The notes beneath the pieces were generated by a model. The model worked only from the letters and a program-made list of their open reading frames with translations. It did not search any database and had not been told where the DNA came from. From the NCBI GenBank assembly GCA_002269645.1, contig NIVC01000888.1, positions 62,001 through 126,000 of the forward strand: 64,000 bases of DNA, given 5' to 3'. Below, piece after piece: positions 18,517-39,353 of this stretch. The position numbers and the translations under genes were made by a program. Source of the stretch: Macrostomum lignano. Its lineage: Eukaryota. How positions within the stretch are numbered: the stretch's first letter is position 1; each line of letters opens with the position of its first letter.

Positions 18517-18669
18517 TTTTTCAAGTACATTTTAAAGCTTGAAAGAGCACTTGGAATAGCTCTTTAACGCAAATAAAAATCCACTATACTAAATAATATA
18601 CACTAAAAATGCTTTGTCCACGACCGTATATGTGATAGATTTCAGAAAATTCTCTTCTAAAACTCCGAA

Positions 18670-19880
18670 ATGGTCAACAAGTGCTGCGCATTTGCCTGTA
18701 AGAGCGGCAATACTCGTAAAAGCAAGCCTCTTCTTTTGGGAGTGACTCTGCACTCGTTCTCTCGTGATGAAGCTTTGAAAGCCAGGTGGATAAGAGCAAA
18801 CTCAAGAAAAGAGTTTGTTCCGAGCACGCAAAACTTCGTCAAGGAGCGCCACGAGTCGAACCCACGACGACGCAACAAACTCTTACCGCTGAACTGCAGG
18901 TATCTGGAAAATGGTGCTGTGTCCAGCATATTTCTCAATGAGCCGTACTACTTGTCTAAAAATCTAGCGACCGAACGGCCATCTGCTTCTGCTCGACTTA
19001 AGAAGGAAGAACGATTGATGGCTGTGTGAAGCTTTTGAAACTGAGGACTCCTTTAACACATTGACGCTGGAGGAATTGAAAGGGCGGCTTTCCAGGGAGT
19101 GACTGTATCTGCCTAAATACAATAAATACAAGTGCAGATTTCACAATTCAGCTGTTGCCGCGAAAAATCTCGCAGACATTGTACCTTCAGGAAGCAGACT
19201 TTTAACGCTGTCACAGCTTTTGAACGCAATGGGTCGGTTGAAATCTTGGTGCGACAGTGATACTAATCAGTCCCCTGAACTGTCATCAGTCAATATGCTG
19301 CTCAGGAACACCTGAAAGACTACATCAGCACGCTTTCTGATACTAGCGAAAAACACAGAAGGTTTAGCTTTCTGCTTGAGCAAATTAGTCTCGCAGGAAC
19401 GGGAAAGCCTAGTCGAATTTATTCACCAGAATTAACTGTTTTCTCTTTCTTGATTCACGCGTCCAGCTCTGCAGCCTACAGAGTGTTGTTGGCAAAGAAT
19501 GTTCTCTGTTTGCCGTCGGTTAAAACCCTGCAAAAGGTCACACGGCGGGTCCAATAAGAAACTGGGCTTGACAACACTGCCTATCTAAGTCTTCGTGCAT
19601 CGAAGCTGAATGCATTTTAAAAACAACTCTGCTGATCACTGACGAAATATACGTTGCAAAGCGAATCAAATACTTAAACGGCCGAGGTACATGGACCAAT
19701 AGAAGACGGCACTGTTGCTTTGACATTGCTTTGCTTCATGATGTGAAGTCATTGGTAAGCAGGTACAAAGATCTTATCGCAATATTTCCAGTGGCCAATG
19801 CTACATTCGAATGCTACAGGCAAGTGATGAGTACAACCAGAACTGCTGGTTTGAATGCTGTTGAAGTCTCTGTTGATAAT
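18670..19880 (+). mobile_element. Decayed THAP-domain P-element-like (THAP9-type) transposase
   Basis: THAP N-terminus MVNKCCAFAC...RW...AVSSIF, then YSPELTVFSF...CLPSVKTL, LLITDEIYV and VSVDNA (two catalytic-type Asp motifs); in-frame stops, frameshifts, truncated C-terminus. Confidence 0.85.
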
Positions 19881-22800
19881 GCTTTAACTATGACCCACTG
19901 ATAGCCATTGTTGCCAGCAGTTAAGTAAAGAAAGGACTTTACTTATTGTTGCCAGAATGTTACCATTCCTGGAGGTTGTTGAAGTTCTATCAGGACTTCA
20001 GAAGAAAGCTGTTGACAGATCTGCTGTTACCATCATTGATGCCTTTTATTAATACACCATTGGTTTGCTATTTATTTCATGGGTAGGCAACCTGATAAGT
20101 ACTTATCAATTAATTTATCATTAGTGATAAATCACATGGGCCAGATTGATAGAAAAGATATTAAGGCAGATTATTAAATCAATAGTTCTAATGCTCTTTC
20201 AAAGTCTCAGTTAAGTGGTATTACTAGATATAGTGAAGTGGTCTTAATTTAAGTATGTTATGCTTAATGTTATTTTTTAGTCTAATGCAAACTTCAGAAG
20301 GTTTTTCTATCAGGAAAGTACAGCACATGCTTGTGCGGCAGTAAAGATCCTATTGCGTGAAGTGAACACCAATGAAATGTGTTATAGAAATCATATATAT
20401 ACTAGCATTTAGTGAGAATGAAGCCAGTCTCTGCCTTGTCTGCCTTTGTCTGCTCTCATCCCCTTGTCTTCTGGTCCTCTTGTCTGACCTCGTCCCCTTT
20501 GCACCTCGCGTCTTGCCCTCTCGCCGCACTCGGCTCTCCACCTCTTTGCCTCCTCAACTGCTCCACTAGCTTGTCCCAACAATCGGGCTTGAACTCTAAT
20601 ATCCCAATCTAACAGAGATAAATCTGGACAAATGTCAATTTGTGCAACAATATTGATAAGTAGCCTGTGGCTCCATTTTCACTGAATTGCTTAACAAATT
20701 TGCATAATTGCATGATCAATATCCTATTAGGAATTGCTACTAACATTAATTAGTAATAAACATCTTGTTGAAGGTTGGAGATCGAGAGAAACAATTCAAA
20801 CCTCCAACTTATTTAATTTAATAGAAACATTGACGACTGCAGTCATTGTCAAAGAGAGGGGCACACCCCCACAACACATTATTCTAAAACATTTGAATAG
20901 AAACTAGATATGGGAAATGTATTCTTGTAGCTACAAGTATAACTATATCCATATGCTTTGTCTAAAAACCACTATATTTAAAACTTCCCATAGCTATATC
21001 CATAGCTATAGTGGAACTCTAGTTTTTCATCAGAACTGCAGTGCCATTTGGCATCCTAGGTCCAAAACTCTAATGCCGAAATGAAAAACAGGATGCTATG
21101 TGCCACCAATAAACATTGGAAATAAAAAATCTTTTATCTTTAACCTATCTTCCACACTGCTCTAAGCCTCTGACACAAGTCCCAATATACTATATATAGC
21201 TTCTTTACTAAATGACTAAATCCTATCCTATTTTAGATCAACTATTTAAATTATCTGGAAATTGGACTGAAAGATGATAAATTGTTTTAAATGCCTTTAA
21301 GGGCATTGCCCCATAATTAGTATTATTATTCTACTTATTCTATTGCTTTTAAGTATATAAAAGTATGTAGATAGTAAATTTAGAGTCATATATATGCTTC
21401 AAACATCAGGTAGATATCCTTGGTAGTCCTGTGAGTATCTAATTGCCAAGCAAGTATACTCTAGGCATTGGGGCCTATGCCAAAATAGCCTAAGCCATAT
21501 ATACTTTATAATTAGTTAATAATTAGTTATTATCATTACGATTATATTATTTATATATCAATTATTATACTCCAAATTCTATAAGCATAAAATACTTTAG
21601 CTATTAGTCACTGATTGCCAATTGATTTTACAATTTCTATAATAGTAAATATATAAACTAGTATTATACTAGTAATAAAAATAATTCAGTGAACAATGTG
21701 TAAATAGTCTACAATAAATAAATAAATCCAACTATTTGGATATATACACTTGGCGAGACCAAGTTAAATAGAGGGAAATAAGTGACACAATTTACTAAGG
21801 TTTATATATATATATCTTTTGAATAGAAACTCAAAACATATATACAAAATAGAGTGGCAGGGCAAGGTATTTCCCAATGAAAGGTTGGGGTTAAAGTCTC
21901 TCTGCTTTTGGTAGTCAATCTATCTGGCTAACTAAATACACCCAATATCCAACAAAGAACTAAGGAGTTAATTGTGCAGATATAGCAATCAGAAATCAAA
22001 AGGCTACTACACTATACTAAAAAAAGATAATAGTACTAATAGATATAAAAAGACTTACTACAATGGTTACTAATTATTTTTCAATCACTAATTTTATTTT
22101 ATTTGTTTTACTGAAGGCTTCCTTATTTAAAACAATGCCAAGCATGTTTTTGCCTTGAAAATCTAGGAAAAAGTCTTGAAAAGCTGAAATTATACATTTA
22201 TATTGTAAAACATTGCAGTTTGCAAAAAACAGGTATTAGAATCAAGCCATATAAGAAAAATTTATAAAAACACAGGCTACATCTAGTACATTTTTTAAAT
22301 TTTTTCTAAAGTGCAATGCTTGGTGCAAGTTACCTTTTCCTGGCTGCTGCTCTAACAAATAAATATATACATGGAAAGGTGCCTATGCACTCATCATTTA
22401 TAATATTTAAAGATGTTTTAAAATTAAAAATTTGATTTTCTAAAATTTGGAATTTTTAAAAGCAAATTTTAATTTCAAAAAATTTGGAAATCAAAACTTT
22501 GGAAGTGTCTAAAAAAGTAGCTAAAAATAAACTAATTTTTAACTATATTTACATAGTATTTTGTTTTGCATAAGCAATAAATCAAAAGTAAAAAAGTGAA
22601 TGTTGGTCATACTAACTAAACTTTGTTTTTTCTGAATTTTGATTTTGGAAAATGTCAATTTTGATTTAGGAAAGTTAGCAAATTTCAATTTTGACAGAAA
22701 ATGCTATTTTGGAACATCTCATAATAATGCTAAAGTGTAGTAAAATAATTTGACTCTATTCTAAATTCTAATATCCACATCTATGGGTTTTTAACATTTA

Positions 22801-25168
22801 TTCCAATCCAATAAGAGAATAAAGTATTAGAATTAGGGTATTGTGGCAGGTGGGTTGCCACTTGAAATTTGTGACTTAGCCTAATTAATTTTAGCTGAAT
22901 TAATTTTTGCATGATAAGTCCTAGTGTTGTGCTCTGACTGCCTAATGTCAGTTTATCCTTAGCGTGGCCCATCTTTGCCTGTCCAAGTGCAATTTACTCT
23001 GTTTTACATGTTCTAACCCACTAATGTCCCCTCTATGGATCTTCTGTTAATTTTTGTTGTTTTCTTGGAATTTTGCCCTTTTGCCCACACTATGTTCATT
23101 TGTGCCCACCACTATATCCAGTATCCACCCCTACCTATTGGATCGCCAGCTACTTACTATTTAATCTCCTACTTTTGCATGTTCACAAAAAGCCTCATCT
23201 TTTCTCCCTCAATTGTTTACATTTTGTGTTTCATTTTGTTTACTTTGCTAGCCTATTCTCATTATCTTGCATAACTAAACATATTTATTCCAACTGCGAA
23301 GCTTTGATTATAAACCTTGGGAATCACTTGGCTGTTTCTATTGGCAACACACACACACACACATGTGAGTTGCTATTGGCTAAGAGTAGTCACATGACTA
23401 CTATTCCATCTAATAGCAACTAACATATATATGTGTTGCCAATAAAATTGGCCAGGTAAATCCACTAGGTTGCGCCTAAGCATGTACTGATTACTAATGA
23501 CTATAGTCATAACTCATGATAAATCATACCTTATAAAATACTATTAATTCAAGTTTAAATTGTTGTATACTTATATATAATTTAACTACAAAAGATTTAG
23601 TACAACAAAAAGAATCAATGACAATGATTAGTAAAGAAATCTTAGCCTATGATTTGATTTCAAAGTTCCTAAATGTCCTCGACCTAGGCTAGACTTTTGA
23701 ATAATTAACTATTTAAATACTATTTTCATTAGTATAATAAGATGTAGTATTTTAGGATTATAATATTATAATATTATCATAGATAAATAAAGGCACAGCA
23801 TTTTGTACAAAATAAAAGGTAGTTATTATTATTATAGTGACTAATAAATAGTGAAATATTTATTCTTATTTATAACACACAAAAAATAAAGTATAGGGGC
23901 CTAATGACTATTAGGCATATCTTTAAAAATGATAGATGGGTTCCTTGCATGCTTAAGTAATTCATAATTATGCATTTTCTGTAATTTAAAGTTGAAAGGT
24001 AAACAAGACGTAACACTTTAATAAATTTACGTTTTTTCTAATTGCTATAATTTTTTTACTTCTTTGGGGATTTTTTTGGTAAAAAGTATTGATTTCAGTA
24101 CAATTTTTACCACTTCGTTTTAATGGGAAATGTTCTTCGGTTCATTTGAAAATTCCTAATGATTCGAACAAGTTTCGATAGATTGAACAGATTTCTTGGA
24201 TAGCAATTAAACGGAGTAATTTAGGCGCTTCTGTTGACAGAAAGGTGAATACCGCGAATATAGCAAAATTTAGTTTTACTGTAGACTTAATATTTAAACT
24301 AACTACAAATGTCTTAACACCAACGGAAGCACTTGCGTCTAGGATATAACTAAATCAAGAAATGACTTAGGTCTACTTAAAGTCGTTCTTGCACTTAACT
24401 AGAACTTTCAGTCTTATTATTAAGTTTTTGAGTTTTTTCTTGACATTATTAAGATTACGATTTAGTTTCGCCAGGGTTAACCCTCAAATTCGAATCTTCA
24501 TTTCGCGACAACCAACTTTGAACCAAGGATAGACTTGAGGCACTTTTCAAAAGACATTAGACATTACATAGCCTGTGCTGCGACAGACGAGAGCACTTTT
24601 CATATGTTTTCTGTTACTTGTTGCAAGTGATTCAAATACATTGAAGTTTACAAGCTGCGACATTTGTTTGGAACTTGAATTATATATTTTGCTTATAAAT
24701 ATTGACTATATAACAAAATGTAAAAGCAGATATGGATATTGCAATAACTCACAATAGAGTTTTAGTAAAGCATAAATTACAAACCCTAATATGCAATAAA
24801 ATATTACCAACGTTACAAGAAAAAAAGTAAATATTGTGAATGCAAGATCAGATTACGCTGCATTAGTGAGTCTCTGGACAACCAACTGTGCTTTCGAGAA
24901 TTTTGATATTGAACATTGAACGTCATGTAATATTATTACTTAGCCATTACCAGAAAAACCTTCATTTAGATTTTAAACGCAATCCTGCAAACGACAGAAT
25001 ACCCTTCTTTCTCCGACGACAGGGTGTCCAGAACCTGTTTTAAACAAATGCTCAGACGATAAATTCACTCGGGTCCTAACAAACTTGAACCAGTCATAAA
25101 AATGCACTAAAGGGTCAACAGGATGTCACAAGATGCCAGTGCAACAGCAGGGCAGGTGCAAACGTCAG

Positions 25169-26611
25169 TCAATTTTGTACAGGAAGCTTTTTCCCGGAAG
25201 ACGGAGACTGGAAAAAGTCGGTGATGGGGCGCCGCATTTTCTTCCCAGACTCGGCCGGAGATGCGGCGGAGGCTGAGGAGCCGCGAGCCCGCTTGGCCGA
25301 TCCCGGGCGCTTGCGTCCAGCCTCATCAGGTGTCGGAGGCTGGCTGGGTGGCGGGTCGCAGTCGACTGGCAGAGCCTCGTGGCAGCAGAAGGCCGCCTCT
25401 TCGGCGATCTCCGCGAGCTCGGCAAAGCTGATGCCGAACAAAATCGGCTTCAGCCGCTGCACTTTTCTCTGCTGGCTCTCCTCGAACGCGCGCTGCCTCA
25501 GCTGCTGCCGCTTCTTCCTGGTTTCAGCATCCTCAGCCTCCTCCTCAGCTTCCGCAGGGTTCTCGCCTTCGTCATCGCTCAGGTAGCCGTGGGGGACAAC
25601 AAAGGCAGCCTCATCCTCGTCATCATCATCCGACCCAGCCTCCTCTGGATCTCCCTCGGACCTGTCCAGATCCTCGCCCTCGCCCTCCTCCTCCCACTCG
25701 GCCTCGCTGTCAACATCGTAGTCCAGGGTGGCCGCGTCTCTGCTCAGCGGGTTCCGGCCGGAGATGGCGCTGCTCCGCCTGCCCCAGGTGCCAAAGTAGG
25801 CGGGCCTGTGGTTCTCGCAGAACTGCAACAGCTTGCACTTGCGCAGCGACTGCGTCTCCGTCACCATGACAACGTCGGGATCGGAGCCGCCTTGCAGGAA
25901 CTCGCTAAGTGGCCAGGTCTGAGGGCAGCTGCGACCCCGGCGATGCTTCAGCTCAGTGAGGTAGGACTCAGCCTGTGGCGCTGCATCGCTGCTCAAAAAC
26001 TGCTCAAGAGTATTTCTCTCCGACTCAGTCAGCGGCTCCCTGCGAATCGCCGGGCACAGCCGGGCGTCTCGGCGCAGCGGAAACGGCATGAAGCGCCGCT
26101 TCTCCTCCGGCGCTGCCGACTCCTCAGTCTGACTCGAACCCCCGACCTCCGACTGGGATCCGCTGGAGGCTGCCGGCTTCTTGATGAAGAAGCTGGCCAG
26201 AAGACTCGCCTGCTTCTCCTTCTGCCTGCGCTCTTCTTCCTGCCTCTTTTGCTTCTCGTCCTCCTTGGCCTTCCTCTCCTCCTCTTTTGCCTTTCTCTCC
26301 TCCTCCTTGGCCTCCTTCAGCTTGGCTTTCTCTTCTTCTTTCGCTTTCCTCTCCTCCTCCTTGGCTTCTTTCAGCTTGGCCCGCTCCTCCTCTTTGGCCT
26401 TTTTCTCTTCCTCCTTCGCCTGTCGCTCCTCTTCCTTCTTGCGCAGCTCCTCCTCCTTCTTCAGCCGCCTCTCCTCCTCTCGCTTCTGCCGCTCCGCCTC
26501 CTTTGCCAGCCTCTCCGCCTCTTTTTGCAGCCGCTTGCGCTCGCGCTCCGCCCGCCTGGCGGCCTGCTCGAGCTCCCGCTGCTGCTTGCTGGTGTTGTGT
26601 GGACTGGCCAT
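25169..26611 (-). CDS. CHAF1A: Chromatin assembly factor 1 subunit A (p150)
   Basis: KER charged helix, PIP-like QASLLASFF, KLLQFCENHRPAYFGTW, ED domain DYDVDSEAEWEEEGEGEDL. The true N-terminus may lie in upstream exons. Confidence 0.93.
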   Translation of the reverse strand: MASPHNTSKQQRELEQAARRAERERKRLQKEAERLAKEAERQKREEERRLKKEEELRKKEEERQAKEEEKKAKEEERAKLKEAKEEERKAKEEEKAKLKEAKEEERKAKEEERKAKEDEKQKRQEEERRQKEKQASLLASFFIKKPAASSGSQSEVGGSSQTEESAAPEEKRRFMPFPLRRDARLCPAIRREPLTESERNTLEQFLSSDAAPQAESYLTELKHRRGRSCPQTWPLSEFLQGGSDPDVVMVTETQSLRKCKLLQFCENHRPAYFGTWGRRSSAISGRNPLSRDAATLDYDVDSEAEWEEEGEGEDLDRSEGDPEEAGSDDDDEDEAAFVVPHGYLSDDEGENPAEAEEEAEDAETRKKRQQLRQRAFEESQQRKVQRLKPILFGISFAELAEIAEEAAFCCHEALPVDCDPPPSQPPTPDEAGRKRPGSAKRARGSSASAASPAESGKKMRRPITDFFQSPSSGKKLPVQN

Positions 26612-28899
26612 GAAGGCAATTGGGCATGCATATATGGGAGTTGGTTGTATGGATAGGCATCAATTAAGTGCTAAAAGAGAGCAAAAATATGAAATCCAGA
26701 ATTGATTCTCCTTTGCAATACAGCAATTTTTCATTTTATCTAAGAATTCGAGCGTTTATTGCAATACATTCTACTATTGAATTTCAGACAGAACTGAAAA
26801 GTAAATTCAGACTAGTCATTTCACAATGCAAACTTATTAAGATGGAGTCTATAGAGAATTTATTAGACAAAATCAATCTACAAGCTGGGTTTTTAAGCTG
26901 GCACTAGGATGTGAATCTCATCCAAGGTCCAACTTCAGGAAGAATTTGGTAAGTCAAGATATTATAGCATCTCTATTGCATAAAAAACCTAGACTACAAT
27001 ATTGATATTTTATGGTATATTGTTAAGAATTGTAAAGTCTGGTATGGATATCATTACCATTGCCAAAACTGCAGCCTAGTTTGCTAAGGCACTTCCTGCC
27101 TTATTGCTTAGTGCTTAGAATATGAAGACATCTGATTGAGCTTATAAAATCTAACAGTTTAGACACAATAGTACTTCTGACTTGTTTATTATGTGTATCA
27201 AAAAATTGCAATTTTACTTAATCATTACTCTATTAATTAAAATATAATGTATAATAAATATTTTCACATTTAATGCAAAGGGCCTATACAAGCCCTTAAG
27301 CCTTCATTGTCAAAGAATAAATAATCAATTTTTTTTAACATGTATACATTTTATAATTATAATAAATACCCAAAGTTAAGATAAATACAGGCCTAGTCAT
27401 TTTTATATAGTCAGACATGCCTAACTTTGAAAGTTTATCTAACCATGAATTACTTTTTGACCAAAAATGTAATGTAACTTATTTATAAGTAATTGAAAAT
27501 AAAAAAATTAATGTAATTTTTTATAAATAGCTAGAGTAACTTTGATTACAAGTATATTAGTTAGCCTATATGTCTTATCATCTAATAAGTAGGGGCCTAC
27601 TATCTGTATTTTTAAATAAACATTTTTGCAACTTACCTTGTCTAGACCTCTTGCTAAATTGGCTAGGTATTGGGCATAAATGCATATAGTGATTATAATA
27701 ATAAGCTTTCAAATAGTCAACTTGCTCTTAAATGAATTAGTAATAGATTAAAATGTTAAAGTAAATGATAAAGAAACTATTACTATTGAATTTAACATTA
27801 TTAAATAAAAGTTAAAAGAAATTTTATACATAGGCCTAGCTATAGATTTATACCATAGAAAATGATTTAGCCATAGAGATAGGCCTAGATATAAAAAGAT
27901 TTTGGGTATGCCTATATTTGAATTTTATAAATATAATTTATTTTGACATCAAAAAGGGATAAAAAGGCTAAAAAGCAAAATATTTTTGTATCTTTTGCAT
28001 AGATCATAGACATTGAATGATATCCTAGCCTATCCTAGGGCCTAGGCTATAACTAGGCCTGTAGAATAACTACTTTCAATAAGCCTAGCAAAAATTCAAA
28101 GGTTCTATACTTCTATTATAGGGCTTATATCTTTATTCCCAAATCCTATATGCCAAAAAATTCTGGCATACAAAAGGACCTAAATGTATATTTACTTAGT
28201 TTATAATATCCTACATAATACAACAGCTATGCCATAGTAAATTTGTGCCCTACTAGGCCTATGTATAAAAAAAACTTTTTGGTATACATATTATGTGCAG
28301 CAATGCTTTTCGTTTTGATGTAAACTTGAATTTATATCATAGCCATAGAAGATCTTTTTTGGTAGGCCCTATACTATATTATATAACATATTAGAGAACA
28401 TAGGCCCATGAGGGCCATGCATCTAAAAATGTTAGAATTTGAGTTTTAGAGTTAGGACAAAATTTACATATATTATCACAATATCAATATAGAACAGAAG
28501 CGTTGCTTTAATTAACAAAAAATAAATAATATACAATAACTAGACTATTTTATATTTTCTTAAAAAATCATGTTTTTAATTGTTAATGCCAATTAAATCT
28601 TTCGCATCTTTGGCAATTAAATCTTAGATTGAGTCTCGCGCCGCCCCGGCCCCCTCGTTCAATTGTTTTGAACTTTGAGCAGATTAAATCAAAAATACGC
28701 TAAAAAATATATATCGTTCAATTTAGCTTATAGTGTTACTGAGATGTGCGTTTTAAAAAAAAAATTCTAGTTTCAGAATTTAAAAAATTACCCATTATTT
28801 AGTCACACTAAACAACTCGAATCAACTTCAACTTAAATGAAATTGTTCATTTTCAGTATTTTTACAATCGAATGCACACCCATAAAAAGCAACAGAGAG

Positions 28900-37397
<8,498 letters not shown>

Positions 37398-37405
<8 letters not shown>

Positions 37406-37560
37406 TACAACTCGTGACCTTGAAAGTTAGCTATTCAAATCGCGTGACTTTACTTTGAACTTTTGGTAAATTCGATAGAGTTAACATGAAGTTGATATTG
37501 GAGTCGCGCTGGATTGACCTTGGCTAATCACGTGATTCGAGTTGGGGCATCACGTGACGC
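37398..37560. promoter_or_regulatory. Cluster of TCACGTGA E-box palindromes, candidate promoter of the downstream gene
   Basis: Three TCACGTGA sites plus related CGCGTGAC sites within 160 bp of the CCDC87 stop. Confidence 0.3.
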
Positions 37561-38019
37561 CAGTTTAAAGCGCTATCAGTGTACAATATACGATTAATAA
37601 TAGATTATATAATTAGTACGAACAATTACTTTATGTCGTTTATTTTTATAGACAATTTCAACGAAATCTGAGCTGCGTCTCCCGTACATGTGTCTCCTAC
37701 TATTAGTAACATGTGCGCTTGTGCAGATTATCTGTTTATATTTGTTAAAAAACATAATTAGAAAGAGACAGACTTGTGGCCTTGTATAATTATTCAGGTT
37801 TCAAAAAAATCACGGAAGTTTGTTATCTGCTTTTACTGCTTTTACATACACTAATGCTGTATACATAGATACTTACCGCCCAGTGCTTACTTGATAACTT
37901 TTCGTTGTCTACTTCTCAACCTGCTCTTCAACATGTTCTCATATCTGCTCTCACCCTAATCTCATACTTGGCATCACCTTGATATCCTTTGAACTCATAG
38001 CGGATCTCACAATAATTTC

Positions 38020-38540
38020 ACCCTGATCTCACCCTGGTCCCCACCGGCTCACCTTGATCTCACCCTGGTCCCCACCTGCTTACCTTGATCTCACCCTGGT
38101 CCCCACCTGCTTACCTTGATCTCACCCTGGTCCCCACCTGCTTACCTTGATCTCACCCTGGTCCCCACCTGCTTACCTTGATCTCACCCTGGTCCCCACC
38201 TGCTTACCTTGATCTCACCCTGGTCCCCACCGGCTCACCCTGATCGCACCCTGGTCCCCACTTGCCTACCTTGATCTCACCCTGGTCCCCACCTGCTCAC
38301 CCTGATCTCAATCTGATCTCATCCTTCTCTCGACCTGCTCTCAACCCGATTTCACCCTTCTCTCCTCCTGCTCTCAACCCGATTTTACCCTTCTCTCCTC
38401 CTGCTCTCAACCCGATCTCACCTTTCTCTCCTCCTGCTCTCAACCCGATCTCACCTTTCTCTCCTCCTGCTCTCAACCCGATCTCACCTTTCTCTCCTCC
38501 TGCTCTCAACCCGATCTCACCTTTCTCTCCTCCTGCTCTC
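38020..38540. repeat. Two adjacent minisatellites (31 bp then 33 bp)
   Basis: TTGATCTCACCCTGGTCCCCACCTGCTTACC, then CCTGCTCTCAACCCGATCTCACCTTTCTCTCCT. Confidence 0.93.
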
Positions 38541-39353
38541 ATTCCTTTTTTCTCTTTCACTCCACTTAAACCTGGCTTTTTCTCTTACACAACCAGGCCA
38601 TGCTCAGTTGAGTTAAAATTAAGAACAATGTTTTAGCGAGTAACCCCCGTTCATGCGTGTGGAACAGAGCTGCTGCTATGTGGAGCATTGCAACTCTATT
38701 ATTAGTTGAATAAAGTCAGCCAACCCAAGTTCTACAAGCTGCCAAGATCTGAAATCGAAATCTGGCAACAGCATGCATGGCCTTTTGCGCAGCTGCATAT
38801 TATTCATGTATTCGTGTATGCATACATATCAATACTTACATAAGAAAAAAATAACAAAAACCACCTGTTCTTAGACACCCTTTAATTGCTGCCACAGAGT
38901 GCGGGCCCACATGTACGCAAGCGTACAGTTTGCTTAGTACTCGTAGGAGGGTGGAGTGTTTTTGGTCAACTTTGACCAATGCGTACTGCCCCTATACTGA
39001 GGGGTTTAGGGGAGTCGGAAGTGCCGCGAGCAAACACTTCTTTGGGGTGGTGGGTTGTACGGTAGAATGTAGAGTCAATCTTTGATATCAGCGCAACGGC
39101 TTTACTAGGCCTATATTCTGTACTGTGCAATGTACTTTCAAGATCTTTAGTACCAGCCCTCTCTCTCTCTTCTTTCCCCCCTCCTTCGCCTAGTGTACAG
39201 ACCCTGTCTCTCTCCCTCTCCAATCTTTCACAGTCTTTTAGCCCATAAAAAGTGAATGCCCTGATTTTCTAAGACTTGCTTATTGTCCAAATCATTTCAA
39301 ATGTTTCAAATTTTATTAAAAGCTAGCAGATTCTAGTATTCTAGGGTTCTACG

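Noticed and set aside
20650-24500. Short hydrophobic ORFs in the AT-rich block
   Set aside because: They have no recognisable domains, codon bias or consistent splice structure.
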